A stretch of 64,000 bases of DNA. Source: Dehalococcoidia bacterium (GTDB lineage: Bacteria; Chloroflexota; Dehalococcoidia; Bin125). The translations under genes and the position numbers were made by a program. The first letter of the stretch is position 1. Each line of letters starts with the position of its first letter. This document shows, piece after piece, positions 31,719 through 42,258 of the stretch. The stretch is taken from NCBI GenBank assembly GCA_963663235.2, contig CAXXNO010000004.1, forward strand, positions 224,001 to 288,000, in the 5' to 3' direction. The notes beneath the pieces are model-generated. The model did not search any database. It was not told where the DNA came from and saw only the letters and a program-made list of their open reading frames with translations.

Positions 31719-33470
31719 CTAGCGGATGAATCCTTCGTAGTTGCGCATGAGCAGTTGCGCCTCGATCTGCTTCATGGTGTCCAGCGCCACGCCCACGACG
31801 ATCAGCAGGCCTGTGCTGGAGATCGTGAGCGCTTGACTGTCGGGGATGAACTCGGTGCCGAGGAAGGGGACCACGGCGACGAAGCCGAGGAACAGCGCCC
31901 CCGCCCAGGTGATGCGGAAAAGGACACGATTGATGTAGTCCTGGGTGGGACGGCCCGGCCGGATGCCGGGGACGAAGCCGCCCTGTTTCTGGAGGTTCTC
32001 CGCCAGGTTCTGCTGCTGAAAGGTGATCAGGGTATAGAAGAAGGTGAAGGCCACCACCAGCACGAAGGCCAGAGCCCAGTAGAGGGGACGCCCCGGGGAG
32101 AGGTTGTTCTGGGCCCAGTCGGCGACGCGGCCGATCAGCGGCAGCCGCTCGCCGGCCGTCTGTCCTTCGACCACACCCGGAGTCAAGGGGTCATCGATAC
32201 CGTTGAGGTCGAACCCGCCCGCCTCCAGCTCGAACACGGTTGCGAGGAAATCGCCCTCCAGGTCTTCCAGTGCGATCAGGTCCGAGCCGGAAGCGCTGCT
32301 CCCGATGCGCCACTGGGTCGCCCCGGTCGCCGGATCGGTGTCCACGAAGGTGAACACGTTGGCATGACGGTCCGAGTTGATGTCGCCGACAAGGTCGTCG
32401 AAGGAGTCCTCCGCCCCCACGTAGGCGAACTCGGCATCGTTGACGCTGAAGCGGCCCTCCGGGTCCAGAGCGGGCAAGGTCTGGGCTAAAGGCTGGGAGG
32501 CGTCATCCTCGGTGAACGGGATCTCCGCGCGAATTGTGGTGTTGCGGTCCACCGCTGCCCCCACCACGTAGCCCGCGACCACCGAGGGGAAGATGATGAT
32601 GGAGAAGGCGAAGATGAGCGGGATCATCCCGGCGCTGTTCACCCGCAGGGGAATGAAGCTCTGCCCGCTCTGCCGATACATGCGGCCGCCCCGGAAGACG
32701 CTGCGCGCGTACTGCACGGGGATGCGGCGCTGCGCCTCCTGGAAGAAGACGATCAAGGCGACCAAGATGAGCGCGATCACGATCACCACCGCGATGCCGG
32801 CGAACCCGGTGTCGCTCTGGCGGACGGAGTTGAAGAGGGTGGGGAAGCTGGCGATGATGCCGCCGAAGATGATGATGGAGATGCCGTTGCCGATCCCCTT
32901 CTCCGTGATCAACTCCCCCAGCCAGACCAAGAACATGGTGCCGGCGGTCATGGTGATGACGGCCGAGATGGTGGGCAGGGCGGCGTCCCCGCTGAAGCCG
33001 ACCCCCTCAATGGCGTTGGCGTTCTGCAGCAGGAGGAGCTGGCCGTAGCCCTGGACGATCGACATGGGGAGGGCCAGCCAGTAGGTGTACATCTGGATGC
33101 GGTTGCGACCCTGCTCCCCTTCGCGGGCGAGGTTCTGCAGCCTCGGGACCATGGGGGTCATGAGCTGCATCACGATGGAGGCGGTGATGTAGGGGTAGAC
33201 CCCCAGCGCCACGAGGCTCAGGTTCTCCAAGCCGCCGCCGCTGAAGAGGTTGAGGAACCCCAGAACGGGGTTGTTGCTCAGGGCGTTGTCCAGTTGCGTG
33301 GGCCGGACGCCGGGGATGGGGACGTGCGCCACGAAGCGGAACACCACCAGCAGGCCCAGCGTGAACAGGATCTTGCGGCGGACGTCCGGCTGCCGCCAGG
33401 CGTCGACGAGGGCTTGAAGCAGGCGCGGCCTAGTCGGTGCGGCGGCGCTCTGTGATCGTTGCATCCACAT
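31719..33470 (-). CDS. secY: Preprotein translocase SecY with a large loop insertion
   Basis: LGVYPYITASI, WLGELIT..GIGNGISIII, PLRVNSAGMIPLIFA and PGIRPG; 583 aa. Confidence 0.97.
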   Translation of the reverse strand: MWMQRSQSAAAPTRPRLLQALVDAWRQPDVRRKILFTLGLLVVFRFVAHVPIPGVRPTQLDNALSNNPVLGFLNLFSGGGLENLSLVALGVYPYITASIVMQLMTPMVPRLQNLAREGEQGRNRIQMYTYWLALPMSIVQGYGQLLLLQNANAIEGVGFSGDAALPTISAVITMTAGTMFLVWLGELITEKGIGNGISIIIFGGIIASFPTLFNSVRQSDTGFAGIAVVIVIALILVALIVFFQEAQRRIPVQYARSVFRGGRMYRQSGQSFIPLRVNSAGMIPLIFAFSIIIFPSVVAGYVVGAAVDRNTTIRAEIPFTEDDASQPLAQTLPALDPEGRFSVNDAEFAYVGAEDSFDDLVGDINSDRHANVFTFVDTDPATGATQWRIGSSASGSDLIALEDLEGDFLATVFELEAGGFDLNGIDDPLTPGVVEGQTAGERLPLIGRVADWAQNNLSPGRPLYWALAFVLVVAFTFFYTLITFQQQNLAENLQKQGGFVPGIRPGRPTQDYINRVLFRITWAGALFLGFVAVVPFLGTEFIPDSQALTISSTGLLIVVGVALDTMKQIEAQLLMRNYEGFIR

Positions 33471-33915
33471 CCTCTACGCGGCCGCCGGCCGCTTCGATCT
33501 TGGCCCGAGCGGCGGGGGAGACCTTGGCGGCCCGGATGACGAGCGGCCGGTCCAGGGTGCCGGTTGCCAGGATTTTGAAGGGCTCCGTGGCGCGGTGCAG
33601 GAGGCCGGCTTCGACGAGCGCCTCGGGCGTCACCTCCGCGTCGGCCGGGAAGCGAGCGTTGAGCTTGAAGAGGTTGATTGGGGTGACTTCCACGCGGAAC
33701 GGTGGCGTGAAGCCTCGCTTGTGTCCCATGCGCCGGACCAAGGGCAACTGGCCACCCTCGAACCCGATGCGCGGTCCAGACCCCGCGCGCGATTTCTGGC
33801 CCTTCAAGCCGCGACCGGAGTACGTGCCGGTGCCGGAGGCGTTGCCCCGGCCCAGGCGCTTGCGCGGCCGTTTCGCCCCGGCAGGGGGGCGCAGATCGTG
33901 TGCCCGGAGCGGCAT
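33430..33915 (-). CDS. rplO: 50S ribosomal protein L15
   Basis: GRGLKGQKSR and GFEGGQLPL. Confidence 0.97.
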   Translation of the reverse strand: MPLRAHDLRPPAGAKRPRKRLGRGNASGTGTYSGRGLKGQKSRAGSGPRIGFEGGQLPLVRRMGHKRGFTPPFRVEVTPINLFKLNARFPADAEVTPEALVEAGLLHRATEPFKILATGTLDRPLVIRAAKVSPAARAKIEAAGGRVEDVDATITERRRTD

Positions 33916-33917
33916 GG

Positions 33918-34106
33918 TTAGGCCTCCTCCACCTCTTGCACGGCGACCAGGTGCTGCACTTTCCTAATCATGCCGCGGATCGCCGGTGTGTCCGGCCGCT
34001 CCACGGTCTGTCCGAGGCGGCGCAGTCCCAGGGAGCGCACCGTCTGCGCTTGATCGGAGCGGTAGCCGATGCTGCTCTTGCGGTAGGTGATTCGCAGTTT
34101 GCTCAC
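33918..34106 (-). CDS. rpmD: 50S ribosomal protein L30
   Basis: [28 protein letters not shown]. Confidence 0.96.
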   Translation of the reverse strand: MSKLRITYRKSSIGYRSDQAQTVRSLGLRRLGQTVERPDTPAIRGMIRKVQHLVAVQEVEEA

Positions 34107-34118
34107 CGCGGGCATTCC

Positions 34119-34956
34119 CTACTCTGAAGCCGTCTCTGGAGCGGGCGCGGCGGGCTGGGTGGGCGCGGCGGGTTGGGTGGCCGCGGCGGGCTGGGTGGGC
34201 GCGGCGGGCTGGGTGGCCGCGGCGGGCTGGGTGGGCGCGGCGGGCTGGGTGGGCGCGGCGGGCTGGGTGGCCGCGGCGGGCTGGGTGGGCGCGGCGGGTT
34301 GGGTGGCCGCGGCGGCGGCGCGGGGTGGGGCGCGGCGGGCTGGGTGGGCGCGGCGGCTGGGTGGGCGCGGCGGGCTGGGTTGGGTGGGCCGGCGGGTTGG
34401 GTGGGCGGGGTTGGGTGGGCGCGGCGGGTTGGCCGGCGGAGGCCGGGGCTTCGGGCGGCAGGCCGGCCAGCGCCAAGCGCTGCCGCCGGACGGCTCTCGG
34501 GTCGCGCAGGCTGGCCAGCGCTTTCATGGTCGCCTGGACAACGTTGATGACGTTCTGCGATCCGAGCGACTTGGTCAGCACATCGCGAACGCCAGCCGCC
34601 TCCATGACGGCGCGCACGCCGCCGCCCGCGATCACGCCGGTCCCGGGAGAGGCCGGCTTGAGCATCACGCGGGCCGCGCCGTATTTCGTCGTCGTCGGAT
34701 GCGGGAGCGTGCCGTTGCGCAGGGGAACGGTGACCATGTTCTTGCGGGCGGTGGTTGCGCCCTTGCGGATGGCCTCGGGCACTTCGTTGGCGCGCCCGAT
34801 GGCCGCGCCGACCGAGCCCTGCCCGTCGCCCACGACCACTACGGCGGTGAAGGAGAAGCGCCGGCCGCCCTTGACCACCTTGGCCACGCGGTTGATGGCC
34901 ACCACTTTCTCGATGAGGTCGCCGGGGGCGCGCTGGGACATCTGCGGGTGCGCCAT
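34119..34956 (-). CDS. rpsE: 30S ribosomal protein S5 with (TQPAAP)n tail; net 1-nt frame break inside the repeat
   Basis: [16 protein letters not shown] and PGTGVIAGG. The repeat frame ends ...PETASE-TAG at 34119, just before rpmD. Confidence 0.93.
34143..34430. repeat. 18-nt tandem repeat (GGGCGCGGCGGGCTGGGT-like), about 15 copies
   Basis: Read directly; copies at ~34310-34420 carry indels. Confidence 0.9.
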
Positions 34957-34972
34957 TCTCCGTCCTTCCACG

Positions 34973-35347
34973 CTAAAACTCTAGGCCGCCCTTGCGGGCC
35001 GCCTCGGCCAGGGCCTGCACGCGCCCGTGATAGCGGTAGCCGCCGCGATCGAAGACGACGGTCCGGATCCCGGTGGCGCGAGCGCGTTCCGCTAGGCGAG
35101 CGCCCACGGCCGTGGCGCGGTCCGTCTTGCCGGGCCCGTTGTGGCTGCGCAGGTCACTTTCGAGGTCGGAGGCGGCGGCGAGCGTCACCCCTTGTTCGTC
35201 GTCGATGATCTGGCTGTAGATGTATTGGTTGGAGCGGAAGACGGTCAGGCGCGGGCGGGCGGCGGTGCCGCGCACCCGCCGGCGCACGCGGGCGTGGCGC
35301 CGCAAGCGGGCGGCCCGAACGGTACGGCGGCGGCGGCGGGTCCCCAT
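34973..35347 (-). CDS. rplR: 50S ribosomal protein L18
   Basis: [10 protein letters not shown] and [13 protein letters not shown]. Confidence 0.97.
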   Translation of the reverse strand: MGTRRRRRTVRAARLRRHARVRRRVRGTAARPRLTVFRSNQYIYSQIIDDEQGVTLAAASDLESDLRSHNGPGKTDRATAVGARLAERARATGIRTVVFDRGGYRYHGRVQALAEAARKGGLEF

Positions 35348-35349
35348 CC

Positions 35350-35898
35350 TCACGCTCCCAACGCGGTTCGTGCGCCCTTGCCGGCCTTGCGCCGGACCCA
35401 CTCGCCCTGGTAGCGGATGCCCTTGCCCTTGTACGGCTCCGGCGGGCGGACCCGGCGAATCGTCGCGGCCTGCTGGCCGACGACTTGTTTGTCGATGCCG
35501 CGCACGTGGACCAGCGGGCCTTCCAATTCGAAGGTGATCCCTTCCAGGGGCTCGACGTGCACGTCGTGTGAAAACCCGACGCGCAAGACCAGGGTGGCCT
35601 CTTCCATCTGAGCGCGATAGCCGGTGCCCTGAATCTCCAGCGTCTTCGTGAACCCCTGCACCACACCGATCACCATGTTGTTGATCAGCGTGCGTGTCAG
35701 CCCATGCAAGGCGCGGTGCTTCCGCTGCTCCGAGGGCCGCGTGACCTGGACCCGGCCGTCGCCGATGGTCACCTGCATGTCGGGGTGCAGCAAGCGCGTG
35801 AGGACGCCGTTGGGTCCGCTGACCTCGATGCGGCTGCCGTCCAGGGTGGCGGTGACCCCGGCGGGCAGGGAGATGGGTTCTCGGCCGACGCGGCTCAT
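35350..35898 (-). CDS. rplF: 50S ribosomal protein L6
   Basis: MSRVGREPI and [13 protein letters not shown]. Confidence 0.97.
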   Translation of the reverse strand: MSRVGREPISLPAGVTATLDGSRIEVSGPNGVLTRLLHPDMQVTIGDGRVQVTRPSEQRKHRALHGLTRTLINNMVIGVVQGFTKTLEIQGTGYRAQMEEATLVLRVGFSHDVHVEPLEGITFELEGPLVHVRGIDKQVVGQQAATIRRVRPPEPYKGKGIRYQGEWVRRKAGKGARTALGA

Positions 35899-35902
35899 TG
35901 CA

Positions 35903-36307
35903 TCACCAGACGTAGCACAGGACTTCACCGCCCACCTGTTCGCGGCGGGCGCGCTGGCCGGTCATCACGCCGCGAGGCGTGGAAAGGATGGCGACGCCGA
36001 GACCACCGTAGACCCGGGGCACCTCGCGCCGCTGGACGTAGACGCGCAAGCCGGGCCGGCTGACACGCTGGACGCCGGTGAGCACGGGCTCGCCGTCCTC
36101 GCTGTAGAGCAACTCGATATCGATGTCCCGGCGCACGGGCGTGCGGCCTTCGCCGACGGTGTAGCTCTTGATGAAGCCCTCCTGGGCCAGGACATCCGCC
36201 AGGGCCACCTTGAGCTTGGAGGCGGGGATGCGCACCCGCTCATGGCGGGCGGCGATGGCGTTGCGGATCCGTGTGAGCATGTCGGCGATGGGATCAGTGA
36301 CGGGCAT
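35903..36307 (-). CDS. rpsH: 30S ribosomal protein S8
   Basis: [20 protein letters not shown] and GGEVLCYVW. Confidence 0.98.
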   Translation of the reverse strand: MPVTDPIADMLTRIRNAIAARHERVRIPASKLKVALADVLAQEGFIKSYTVGEGRTPVRRDIDIELLYSEDGEPVLTGVQRVSRPGLRVYVQRREVPRVYGGLGVAILSTPRGVMTGQRARREQVGGEVLCYVW

Positions 36308-36311
36308 ACGG

Positions 36312-36872
36312 CTATCCTCCGCTACCGGCGCGCGCGAGCGGCATGCCGAGCAGTTCCAGCAAGCGCCGGCCTTCTTCGTCCGTCTTGGCGGTGGTGCGGA
36401 TGTTGACCTGGAGACCGCGGATGCGGTCGACCTGGGCGTAGTCGATCTCGGGGAAGATGATCTGCTCGCGCAGGCCGAGGCTGAAGTTGCCCCGCCCATC
36501 GAAGGCGGTGCGGGAGACGCCGCGAAAGTCGCGGATGCGAGGGAGGGCGGCGTTGATGGTGCGGTCCAAGAACTCCCACATCCGGTCCCCGTGGAGTGTG
36601 CAGGTGACGCCCACGGGGTTGCCGGCGCGCAGCTTGAAGTTGGCGACGGATTTCTTGGCGCGCATGATGACCGGCTTCTGTCCGGTGATGGCAGCGATGT
36701 CATCCGCGGTGGTATCCAGGGCGCGGGCGTTTTCCAGCGCCTCTCCCAGCCCAACGTTGACCACGACCATGGTGACGCGGGGGACCTCCATGACGTTGCG
36801 GTAGTGAAACTCCCGCATCAGCGCGGGCTGCACTTCGTCTTGATAGCGTTGGCGGAGACGTGGCGCGGGCAT
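36312..36872 (-). CDS. rplE: 50S ribosomal protein L5
   Basis: [21 protein letters not shown] and EQIIFPEI. Confidence 0.98.
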   Translation of the reverse strand: MPAPRLRQRYQDEVQPALMREFHYRNVMEVPRVTMVVVNVGLGEALENARALDTTADDIAAITGQKPVIMRAKKSVANFKLRAGNPVGVTCTLHGDRMWEFLDRTINAALPRIRDFRGVSRTAFDGRGNFSLGLREQIIFPEIDYAQVDRIRGLQVNIRTTAKTDEEGRRLLELLGMPLARAGSGG

Positions 36873-37186
36873 CAGTCGAGTTCCTCGTCGCAGCGTTTGC
36901 AAACTCGCACCTTGACGGTGTCCGCGCGGATGCGGAAGCCGATGCGCGTGGCACGATTGCAGCTGGCGCAGACGGGGGCCACGTTGCTCCAGTGCAGGGA
37001 GGCCTCCATCTCCACGATCCCGGCCTGGGTGCCGAGCTGGCGCGGCTTCAGGTGCCGCTTGACCATGTTCACGCCTTGGACGATGACGCGCTCGCGGCGC
37101 GGGATGACCTGGCGCACCTGTCCGCGCTTGCCGCGGTCCCTGCCGCTCAGCACCTCTACGAGGTCGTCCCGCTGGATGCGTCGCAT
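36872..37186 (-). CDS. rplX: 50S ribosomal protein L24
   Basis: [14 protein letters not shown] motif; CxxC pairs. Confidence 0.97.
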   Translation of the reverse strand: MRRIQRDDLVEVLSGRDRGKRGQVRQVIPRRERVIVQGVNMVKRHLKPRQLGTQAGIVEMEASLHWSNVAPVCASCNRATRIGFRIRADTVKVRVCKRCDEELD

Positions 37187-37189
37187 GCG

Positions 37190-37558
37190 CTAGACGACCT
37201 CCGGCGCTAAGGAGACGATCTTCATGTAGTTCTTCTCCCGCAGCTCCCGCGCGACCGGCCCGAAGATGCGCGTGCCGCGTGGATTCAGGCGGTCCGAGAG
37301 GATCACTGCCGCGTTCTCGTCGAACTTGATGTAGGAGCCGTCGGCGCGGCGGTAGCCTTGGGCGGTGCGCACCACCACGGCGCGGACCACGTCGCCTTTC
37401 TTGACCTCGCGGGCGGGGTCGGCCTGTTTGACGCTGGCGACGATGACGTCGCCGACGCGGGCATAGCGGCGCCGCGTGCCGCCCAGCACGCGGATGCACT
37501 TGATCACTCGCGCGCCGGAGTTATCCGCGACTCGCATGGCTGTTTCTTGCTGGATCAC
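37190..37558 (-). CDS. rplN: 50S ribosomal protein L14
   Basis: VADNSGA and [13 protein letters not shown]. Confidence 0.98.
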   Translation of the reverse strand: MIQQETAMRVADNSGARVIKCIRVLGGTRRRYARVGDVIVASVKQADPAREVKKGDVVRAVVVRTAQGYRRADGSYIKFDENAAVILSDRLNPRGTRIFGPVARELREKNYMKIVSLAPEVV

Positions 37559-38016
37559 GGGGCCGGCTCCTGGTCCGTGTCGGGCGGATCGCCCTCCGTG
37601 TCCTGGCGGGGCGCCGGGGGATCGGGCGCGGCGGTCGCGGCGGGCGGCGCCGACGCCGGCGGCTCGGGCGTCGTCGCGTCCGGTTGGAGGGATGGAGCGG
37701 GCGGCTCAGCGGCGGGGGCGGCGGCGATGGCCTCCGGCTCCACGGCGATCTCGCGCGGCTGAACCTCGGCGACTTCGTGGCGCTCCAAGATCTCGACCAC
37801 GCGCCAGTGTTTCAGTTTGGAGAGCGGGCGGGACTCCTCGATCAGCACGCGGTCTCCCAGGCGGCAGTCGTTGCGCTCATCGTGCGCCTGGTAGCGCTTG
37901 CGGCGGCGGAGGCTCTTGCGGTAGAGGCGGTGGGTGATGATGCGCTCGATCTGTACGACGACGGTCTTGTCCATTTTTTCGCTGACGACGGTCCCGGTGC
38001 GTTGTTTGCGCGCCAT
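37555..38016 (-). CDS. rpsQ: 30S ribosomal protein S17 with Pro/Ala/acidic tail
   Basis: [14 protein letters not shown] and [11 protein letters not shown], then a ~65-aa low-complexity tail. Confidence 0.96.
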   Translation of the reverse strand: MARKQRTGTVVSEKMDKTVVVQIERIITHRLYRKSLRRRKRYQAHDERNDCRLGDRVLIEESRPLSKLKHWRVVEILERHEVAEVQPREIAVEPEAIAAAPAAEPPAPSLQPDATTPEPPASAPPAATAAPDPPAPRQDTEGDPPDTDQEPAP

Positions 38017-38019
38017 CGG

Positions 38020-38610
38020 CTAGCCCGCCTCCTTCTGCTCAGCGTCACCGGCCGCCTCGTCGTCGGCGGCGGGCTCCTCGGCGGGCGCCGCGGCCACGGC
38101 CGGCTCGGCGCTCTCGGCGGACTCGCTCTCGGCGGACTCGGTCTCGGCGGCGGGCTCTTCGGCGGGCGCCGCGGCCACGCCGGCTCGGCGCTCTCGGCGG
38201 ACTCGCTCTCGGCGGCTCGGTCTCGGTGGACTCGGTCTCGGCGGCGCTCTCGCCGCGGCCACGGCCGGCTCGCTCTCGGCGGACTCGGTCTCGGTGGACT
38301 CGGTCTCGGCGGCGGCGGCCTCCGCCTCGACCCGCTCGCGTTCTTCCTGGGCGCGCCGCTTCTGGGGCGAGATCTGGCGCTCGGCGGGGGTGGCGAGGGG
38401 CGCGACGAGGACACCGCGCGCCCGCTCCTGGCGGATGGTGCGCAGCCGTGCCACCTGGTGTCGCGCTTGGGGGATGGCCATGGTGTTGGTCAGTTGATGG
38501 GTGCCCTTCTGGAACTGCAGGGTGAAGAGTTCGCGGTAGGCCTCGTTGATGGCGGTGGCCAGGTCATCGTCGGAGAGGGCGCGAGCCTCGTTGGCGGCGG
38601 GGTTGGGCAT
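38020..38610 (-). CDS. rpmC: 50S ribosomal protein L29 with long acidic repeat tail
   Basis: RELFTLQFQ..QLTN..ARHQVARLRT, position between rplP and rpsQ; tail has ETESAES repeats. Confidence 0.92.
   Translation of the reverse strand: MPNPAANEARALSDDDLATAINEAYRELFTLQFQKGTHQLTNTMAIPQARHQVARLRTIRQERARGVLVAPLATPAERQISPQKRRAQEERERVEAEAAAAETESTETESAESEPAVAAARAPPRPSPPRPSRRERVRRERRAGVAAAPAEEPAAETESAESESAESAEPAVAAAPAEEPAADDEAAGDAEQKEAG
38065..38310. repeat. Three imperfect ~81-nt repeats with nested 15-nt units in the rpmC tail
   Basis: Units encode AETESAESESAESAEPAVAAAPAEEPA; the middle copy has 1-nt deletions. Confidence 0.8.
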
Positions 38611-38612
38611 GG

Positions 38613-39032
38613 CTAGATGACCTCGGCGTCGCGCACGATGACGCGCGTGTGGATGGGCAGCTTGTGGGAGGCCAGCCGGAGGGCCTGCCGGGCGTCATGC
38701 TCGCTGACGCCGGAGATTTCGAAGATCACGCGGCCGGGCTTGACGACCGCGACCCAGTGATCCGGGGCGCCTTTGCCTTTGCCCATGCGGGTCTCGGCGG
38801 GCTTCTGTGTGACGGACTTGTCGGGAAAGATGCGAATCCAGATCTTGCCGCCGCGCTGGACGTAGTGGGTGATGGCGCGGCGGGCGGCCTCGATCTGGCG
38901 GCTGTCGATCCAGGCGGGGTCGAGGGCCTGGAGGCCGAATTCGCCGAAGGCCACGGTGTTGCCGGTGGCGGCGACGCCGCGGCGGCGGCCCCGGTGGTGC
39001 TTGCGCCAGCGGACGCGCTTGGGCTGGAGCAT
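38613..39032 (-). CDS. rplP: 50S ribosomal protein L16
   Basis: RQIEAARRA and ETRMGKGKG. Confidence 0.98.
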   Translation of the reverse strand: MLQPKRVRWRKHHRGRRRGVAATGNTVAFGEFGLQALDPAWIDSRQIEAARRAITHYVQRGGKIWIRIFPDKSVTQKPAETRMGKGKGAPDHWVAVVKPGRVIFEISGVSEHDARQALRLASHKLPIHTRVIVRDAEVI

Positions 39033-39805
39033 CAGGCCGTCCCTGGGGGCGGGGGCGGCGTCTGGCCGTCCGCGGTGGCGGGAGGCTGCGGCTGTTGCGC
39101 GACCGGGGAGGTGGGGGGCGGCGGGACGGCGCGGGCGGGCCCGGTGACCTCTTCCTCGGCGAGACCGGGGGCGCTGCCCTCCGGCGTGATCAGGCCTTTG
39201 TAGATCCAGACCTTCACGCCGATCCGGCCGAAGACGGTGCGCGCCTCGACGCGCCCGTAGTCGATATCAGCGCGCAAGGTGTGAAGCGGTACTTGGCCGT
39301 TGCGCTCGGTGATGCGTCGGGACATCTCGGCGCCGCCGAGGCGGCCGCTGATGATGATCTTGACGCCCTTGGCGCCCCGTTGCATGGTGCGCTGCGCGGC
39401 CTGTTTGATGGCGCGGCGGAAGGCGACACGGCGCTCAAGTTGCTCGGCGACGTTGCGCGCCACCAAGCGGGCATCGAGCTCCGGTACGTGGATCTCTTGG
39501 ACGTTGACCCGGATCCGCCGGCCGGTGGCGCGCTCCAGGCGGTTGCGCAACTCATCGACCTTCTGGCCGCCGCGCCCGATCACGATGCCGGGCTTGGCCG
39601 TGTGGATGGTGACGGCGGCCTGGTTGGCGTTGTTCTCGATCACGATGCGGGAGACGCCGGAGTCGCCGAGGGTGTCATTGATCGTGCCGCGGATCATGCG
39701 GTCTTCGGCCAAGAAGTCCGCGTATTTCTCTTCCGCGTACCACTGGCTCTGCCACCCGTAGATGATGCCGAGGCGGAAACTGGTGGGGTTGACCTTTTGA
39801 CCCAT
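39032..39805 (-). CDS. rpsC: 30S ribosomal protein S3
   Basis: MGQKVNP and [11 protein letters not shown]; Pro-rich tail. Confidence 0.98.
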   Translation of the reverse strand: MGQKVNPTSFRLGIIYGWQSQWYAEEKYADFLAEDRMIRGTINDTLGDSGVSRIVIENNANQAAVTIHTAKPGIVIGRGGQKVDELRNRLERATGRRIRVNVQEIHVPELDARLVARNVAEQLERRVAFRRAIKQAAQRTMQRGAKGVKIIISGRLGGAEMSRRITERNGQVPLHTLRADIDYGRVEARTVFGRIGVKVWIYKGLITPEGSAPGLAEEEVTGPARAVPPPPTSPVAQQPQPPATADGQTPPPPPGTA

Positions 39806-39808
39806 CGT

Positions 39809-40147
39809 TTACTTCCGATCATCCGAGACGATGACAGTGATATGGCTGGTGCGCCGGCGGATCATGCCTGCGCGCCCGCGGGCCCTGGGCTTGAAACGGC
39901 GCAGGGTGCGCGCATCGCCGGCGTAGGCGGCGGCAACGCGCAGATCGTCGCGCGCGAGGTTGTAGTTATTCTCCGCGTTGGCTATTGCGGACTCCAGCAC
40001 CTTGGCCACCGTGCGGGCGGCGGGTTTGGGGGTGAAGCGCAGCGCCAGCAGCGCGTCCTCCACGGACATCCCACGGAGTCCTTGCAGGATCAGGCGCGCC
40101 TTGCGCGGCGTAATCGGGGCGAACTTGGCGGTGGCGCGGACGTTCAT
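39809..40147 (-). CDS. rplV: 50S ribosomal protein L22
   Basis: PRKARL, SAIANAENN and RARGRA..RTSHIT. Confidence 0.97.
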   Translation of the reverse strand: MNVRATAKFAPITPRKARLILQGLRGMSVEDALLALRFTPKPAARTVAKVLESAIANAENNYNLARDDLRVAAAYAGDARTLRRFKPRARGRAGMIRRRTSHITVIVSDDRK

Positions 40148-40149
40148 CG

Positions 40150-40434
40150 CTAGCGTACCTGTGTGCTCCTCTCGGAGCGGCCCGCGTGGCCGCGGAAGGT
40201 CCGGGTGGCGGCGAATTCGCCCAGCTTGTGTCCCACCATGTTCTCGGTGACGAAGACGGGCACGTGCCGGCGGCCGTCATGGACGCCGATTGTCAGCCCG
40301 ACCATCTCGGGCATGACGGTGGAAGCGCGCGACCAGGTCTGGATCACGGTGCGCTGTCCGCTCTTGCGCACGGCGAGGACCTTCTTGAGCAGTTTGGTAT
40401 CGATGTAGGGACCCTTTTTCGTAGAGCGCGACAT
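40150..40434 (-). CDS. rpsS: 30S ribosomal protein S19
   Basis: [10 protein letters not shown] and MVGHKLGEF. Confidence 0.98.
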   Translation of the reverse strand: MSRSTKKGPYIDTKLLKKVLAVRKSGQRTVIQTWSRASTVMPEMVGLTIGVHDGRRHVPVFVTENMVGHKLGEFAATRTFRGHAGRSERSTQVR

Positions 40435-40448
40435 TCGCTGCGTCCCCC

Positions 40449-41288
40449 TTAGCCGCGGCCGCTGCCGCGGCGGCGCACGATGTACTTGTCGGACGGCTTG
40501 CGCCCGCGGGTGCGATAGCCCAGGGTGGGCTTCCCCCAGGGGGTCTTGGGACCGGGCAGCCCGATGGGCGCCTTGCCCTCACCGCCGCCGTGGGGATGGT
40601 CGACGGGGTTCATCGCCGCGCCGCGCACTTGCGGGCGCCGGCCGCGATGGCGGGTCCTGCCGGCCTTGCCGAGCTTGATGATGCCGTGCTCGGCGTTGCC
40701 GACCTGGCCCACGGTGGCGTAGCAGGCGCTGCGGACGCGTCGCATCTCGCTGGAGGGAAGGCGCAGGAGACAGTAGTCGCCTTCCTTGGCCATGATCTGC
40801 GCGGCGACCCCGGCGCTGCGTACCATCTGCGCGCCCTTGCCCTCCACCAGCTCCACGCAGTGCACCTGCGTCCCGGACGGCAGCCCGGACAGCGGCATGG
40901 CGTTCCCGGGCCGGATGGGCGCGTCCGGACCGGTCTCGATCTGGTCGTTCACCGCGATCCCCAGAGGGGCGAGGATGTAGCGCTTCTCGCCGTCCGCGTA
41001 CACCACTAAGGCGATGCGCGCGGAGCGGTTGGGATCATACTCGATGGCGCGGACGCGGCCGGGGATGCCGACGCGGTCGCGGCGCTTCCAATCGATGATG
41101 CGGTAGCGGCGCTTTGCGCCGCCGCCGCGGTGCCGGACCGTAATGACGCCGCGATTGTTGCGGCCGGCCTTGCGCTTGAGCGGCGCAAGCAGGCTCTTCT
41201 CGGGGCGTTTCTTCGTGATCTCCGTGAAGCTATAGCCGGAGGCGCCGCGACGGCCGGGCGAGGTGGGCTTGAACTGCTTCAACGGCAT
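40449..41288 (-). CDS. rplB: 50S ribosomal protein L2
   Basis: [12 protein letters not shown] and [14 protein letters not shown]. Confidence 0.98.
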   Translation of the reverse strand: MPLKQFKPTSPGRRGASGYSFTEITKKRPEKSLLAPLKRKAGRNNRGVITVRHRGGGAKRRYRIIDWKRRDRVGIPGRVRAIEYDPNRSARIALVVYADGEKRYILAPLGIAVNDQIETGPDAPIRPGNAMPLSGLPSGTQVHCVELVEGKGAQMVRSAGVAAQIMAKEGDYCLLRLPSSEMRRVRSACYATVGQVGNAEHGIIKLGKAGRTRHRGRRPQVRGAAMNPVDHPHGGGEGKAPIGLPGPKTPWGKPTLGYRTRGRKPSDKYIVRRRGSGRG

Positions 41289-41290
41289 GG

Positions 41291-41587
41291 CTACACCCCC
41301 TCGAAGAGCTTGATCTGATAGCCCGGGGCGAGGGTGACGACCGCCTTCTTGCGGCTCGGTTCCTGGCCGGTGCGCCGGCCGAAGCGCCGGCTCTTGCCCC
41401 GCACGGTCATCACGTTGACCTTGCGCACGGCCACGCTGAACGCGATCTCGACGGCCTCCTTAATCTGCATCTTGTTGGCGCGGGGATCGACTTCAAAGAC
41501 GTACTTGCCCGTTTCGGCCAGCTCCGTGCTCTTTTCCGTCAGGATGGGACGACGCAACACGACGTAGGGATGGATCTCCTTGGGCAT
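41291..41587 (-). CDS. rplW: 50S ribosomal protein L23
   Basis: [18 protein letters not shown] and KKAVVTL. Confidence 0.97.
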   Translation of the reverse strand: MPKEIHPYVVLRRPILTEKSTELAETGKYVFEVDPRANKMQIKEAVEIAFSVAVRKVNVMTVRGKSRRFGRRTGQEPSRKKAVVTLAPGYQIKLFEGV

Positions 41588-42258
41588 CAGGCATCCTTCC
41601 CGCCGGCGATGGCGGCACGGCGCAGGCGGGCGCGATCGCCGCCCCAGAGCGCCTCCGCCCGTCGCACGGCGGCTTCGGTCATGATGATGTGATCATGCCC
41701 AATGAGCGCGGCGACGTTCAGCGTATCAGCCGGGCAAGTGTGCAGATTGGCGAGATTGCGAATGCCCAGCTTCAGGCCGGGATCCGTGGCGCGCGTCACC
41801 AACAGCGCGGTGCGCGTGACGCCCAGCCCGTCCAGCATTGCCTTCATGGTCCGCGTGCGGGGCTCGAACTGCACGTCGTCTTCGAGCACGAGGATCCCGC
41901 CCTCGGCGGCCCGCTGGGAGAGGAGCGATCGGATGGCCAGCCGGCGCATGCGCTTGGGCAGCGCCTGCCGATAGGAGCGCGGATGGGGCCCATGCGCCAC
42001 GGCGCCCCCGCGTCGCACGGGTGAGGAGACAGCGCCCTGCCGCGCGCGGCCGGTGCCCTTCTGGCGGAGCGTCTTGGCCGTGCTGCCGCGCAGCTGGGAG
42101 CGGCTGAGGGTGGCGTGCGTGCCCTGGCGTTGGTTGGCGCGGTGGGCCAGCAGCGCCTGGTGCACGACGGTCAGGTGGGGTTCGATCCCGAAGACGGCGT
42201 CGTCGGTGTCGATCTCTCGGACTTTCTGGCCGGCGGCGTCGACGACTAGCAGCTTCAT
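41587..42258 (-). CDS. rplD: 50S ribosomal protein L4
   Basis: RQGTH, RQKGTGRARQG and GPHPRSY. Confidence 0.97.
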   Translation of the reverse strand: MKLLVVDAAGQKVREIDTDDAVFGIEPHLTVVHQALLAHRANQRQGTHATLSRSQLRGSTAKTLRQKGTGRARQGAVSSPVRRGGAVAHGPHPRSYRQALPKRMRRLAIRSLLSQRAAEGGILVLEDDVQFEPRTRTMKAMLDGLGVTRTALLVTRATDPGLKLGIRNLANLHTCPADTLNVAALIGHDHIIMTEAAVRRAEALWGGDRARLRRAAIAGGKDA

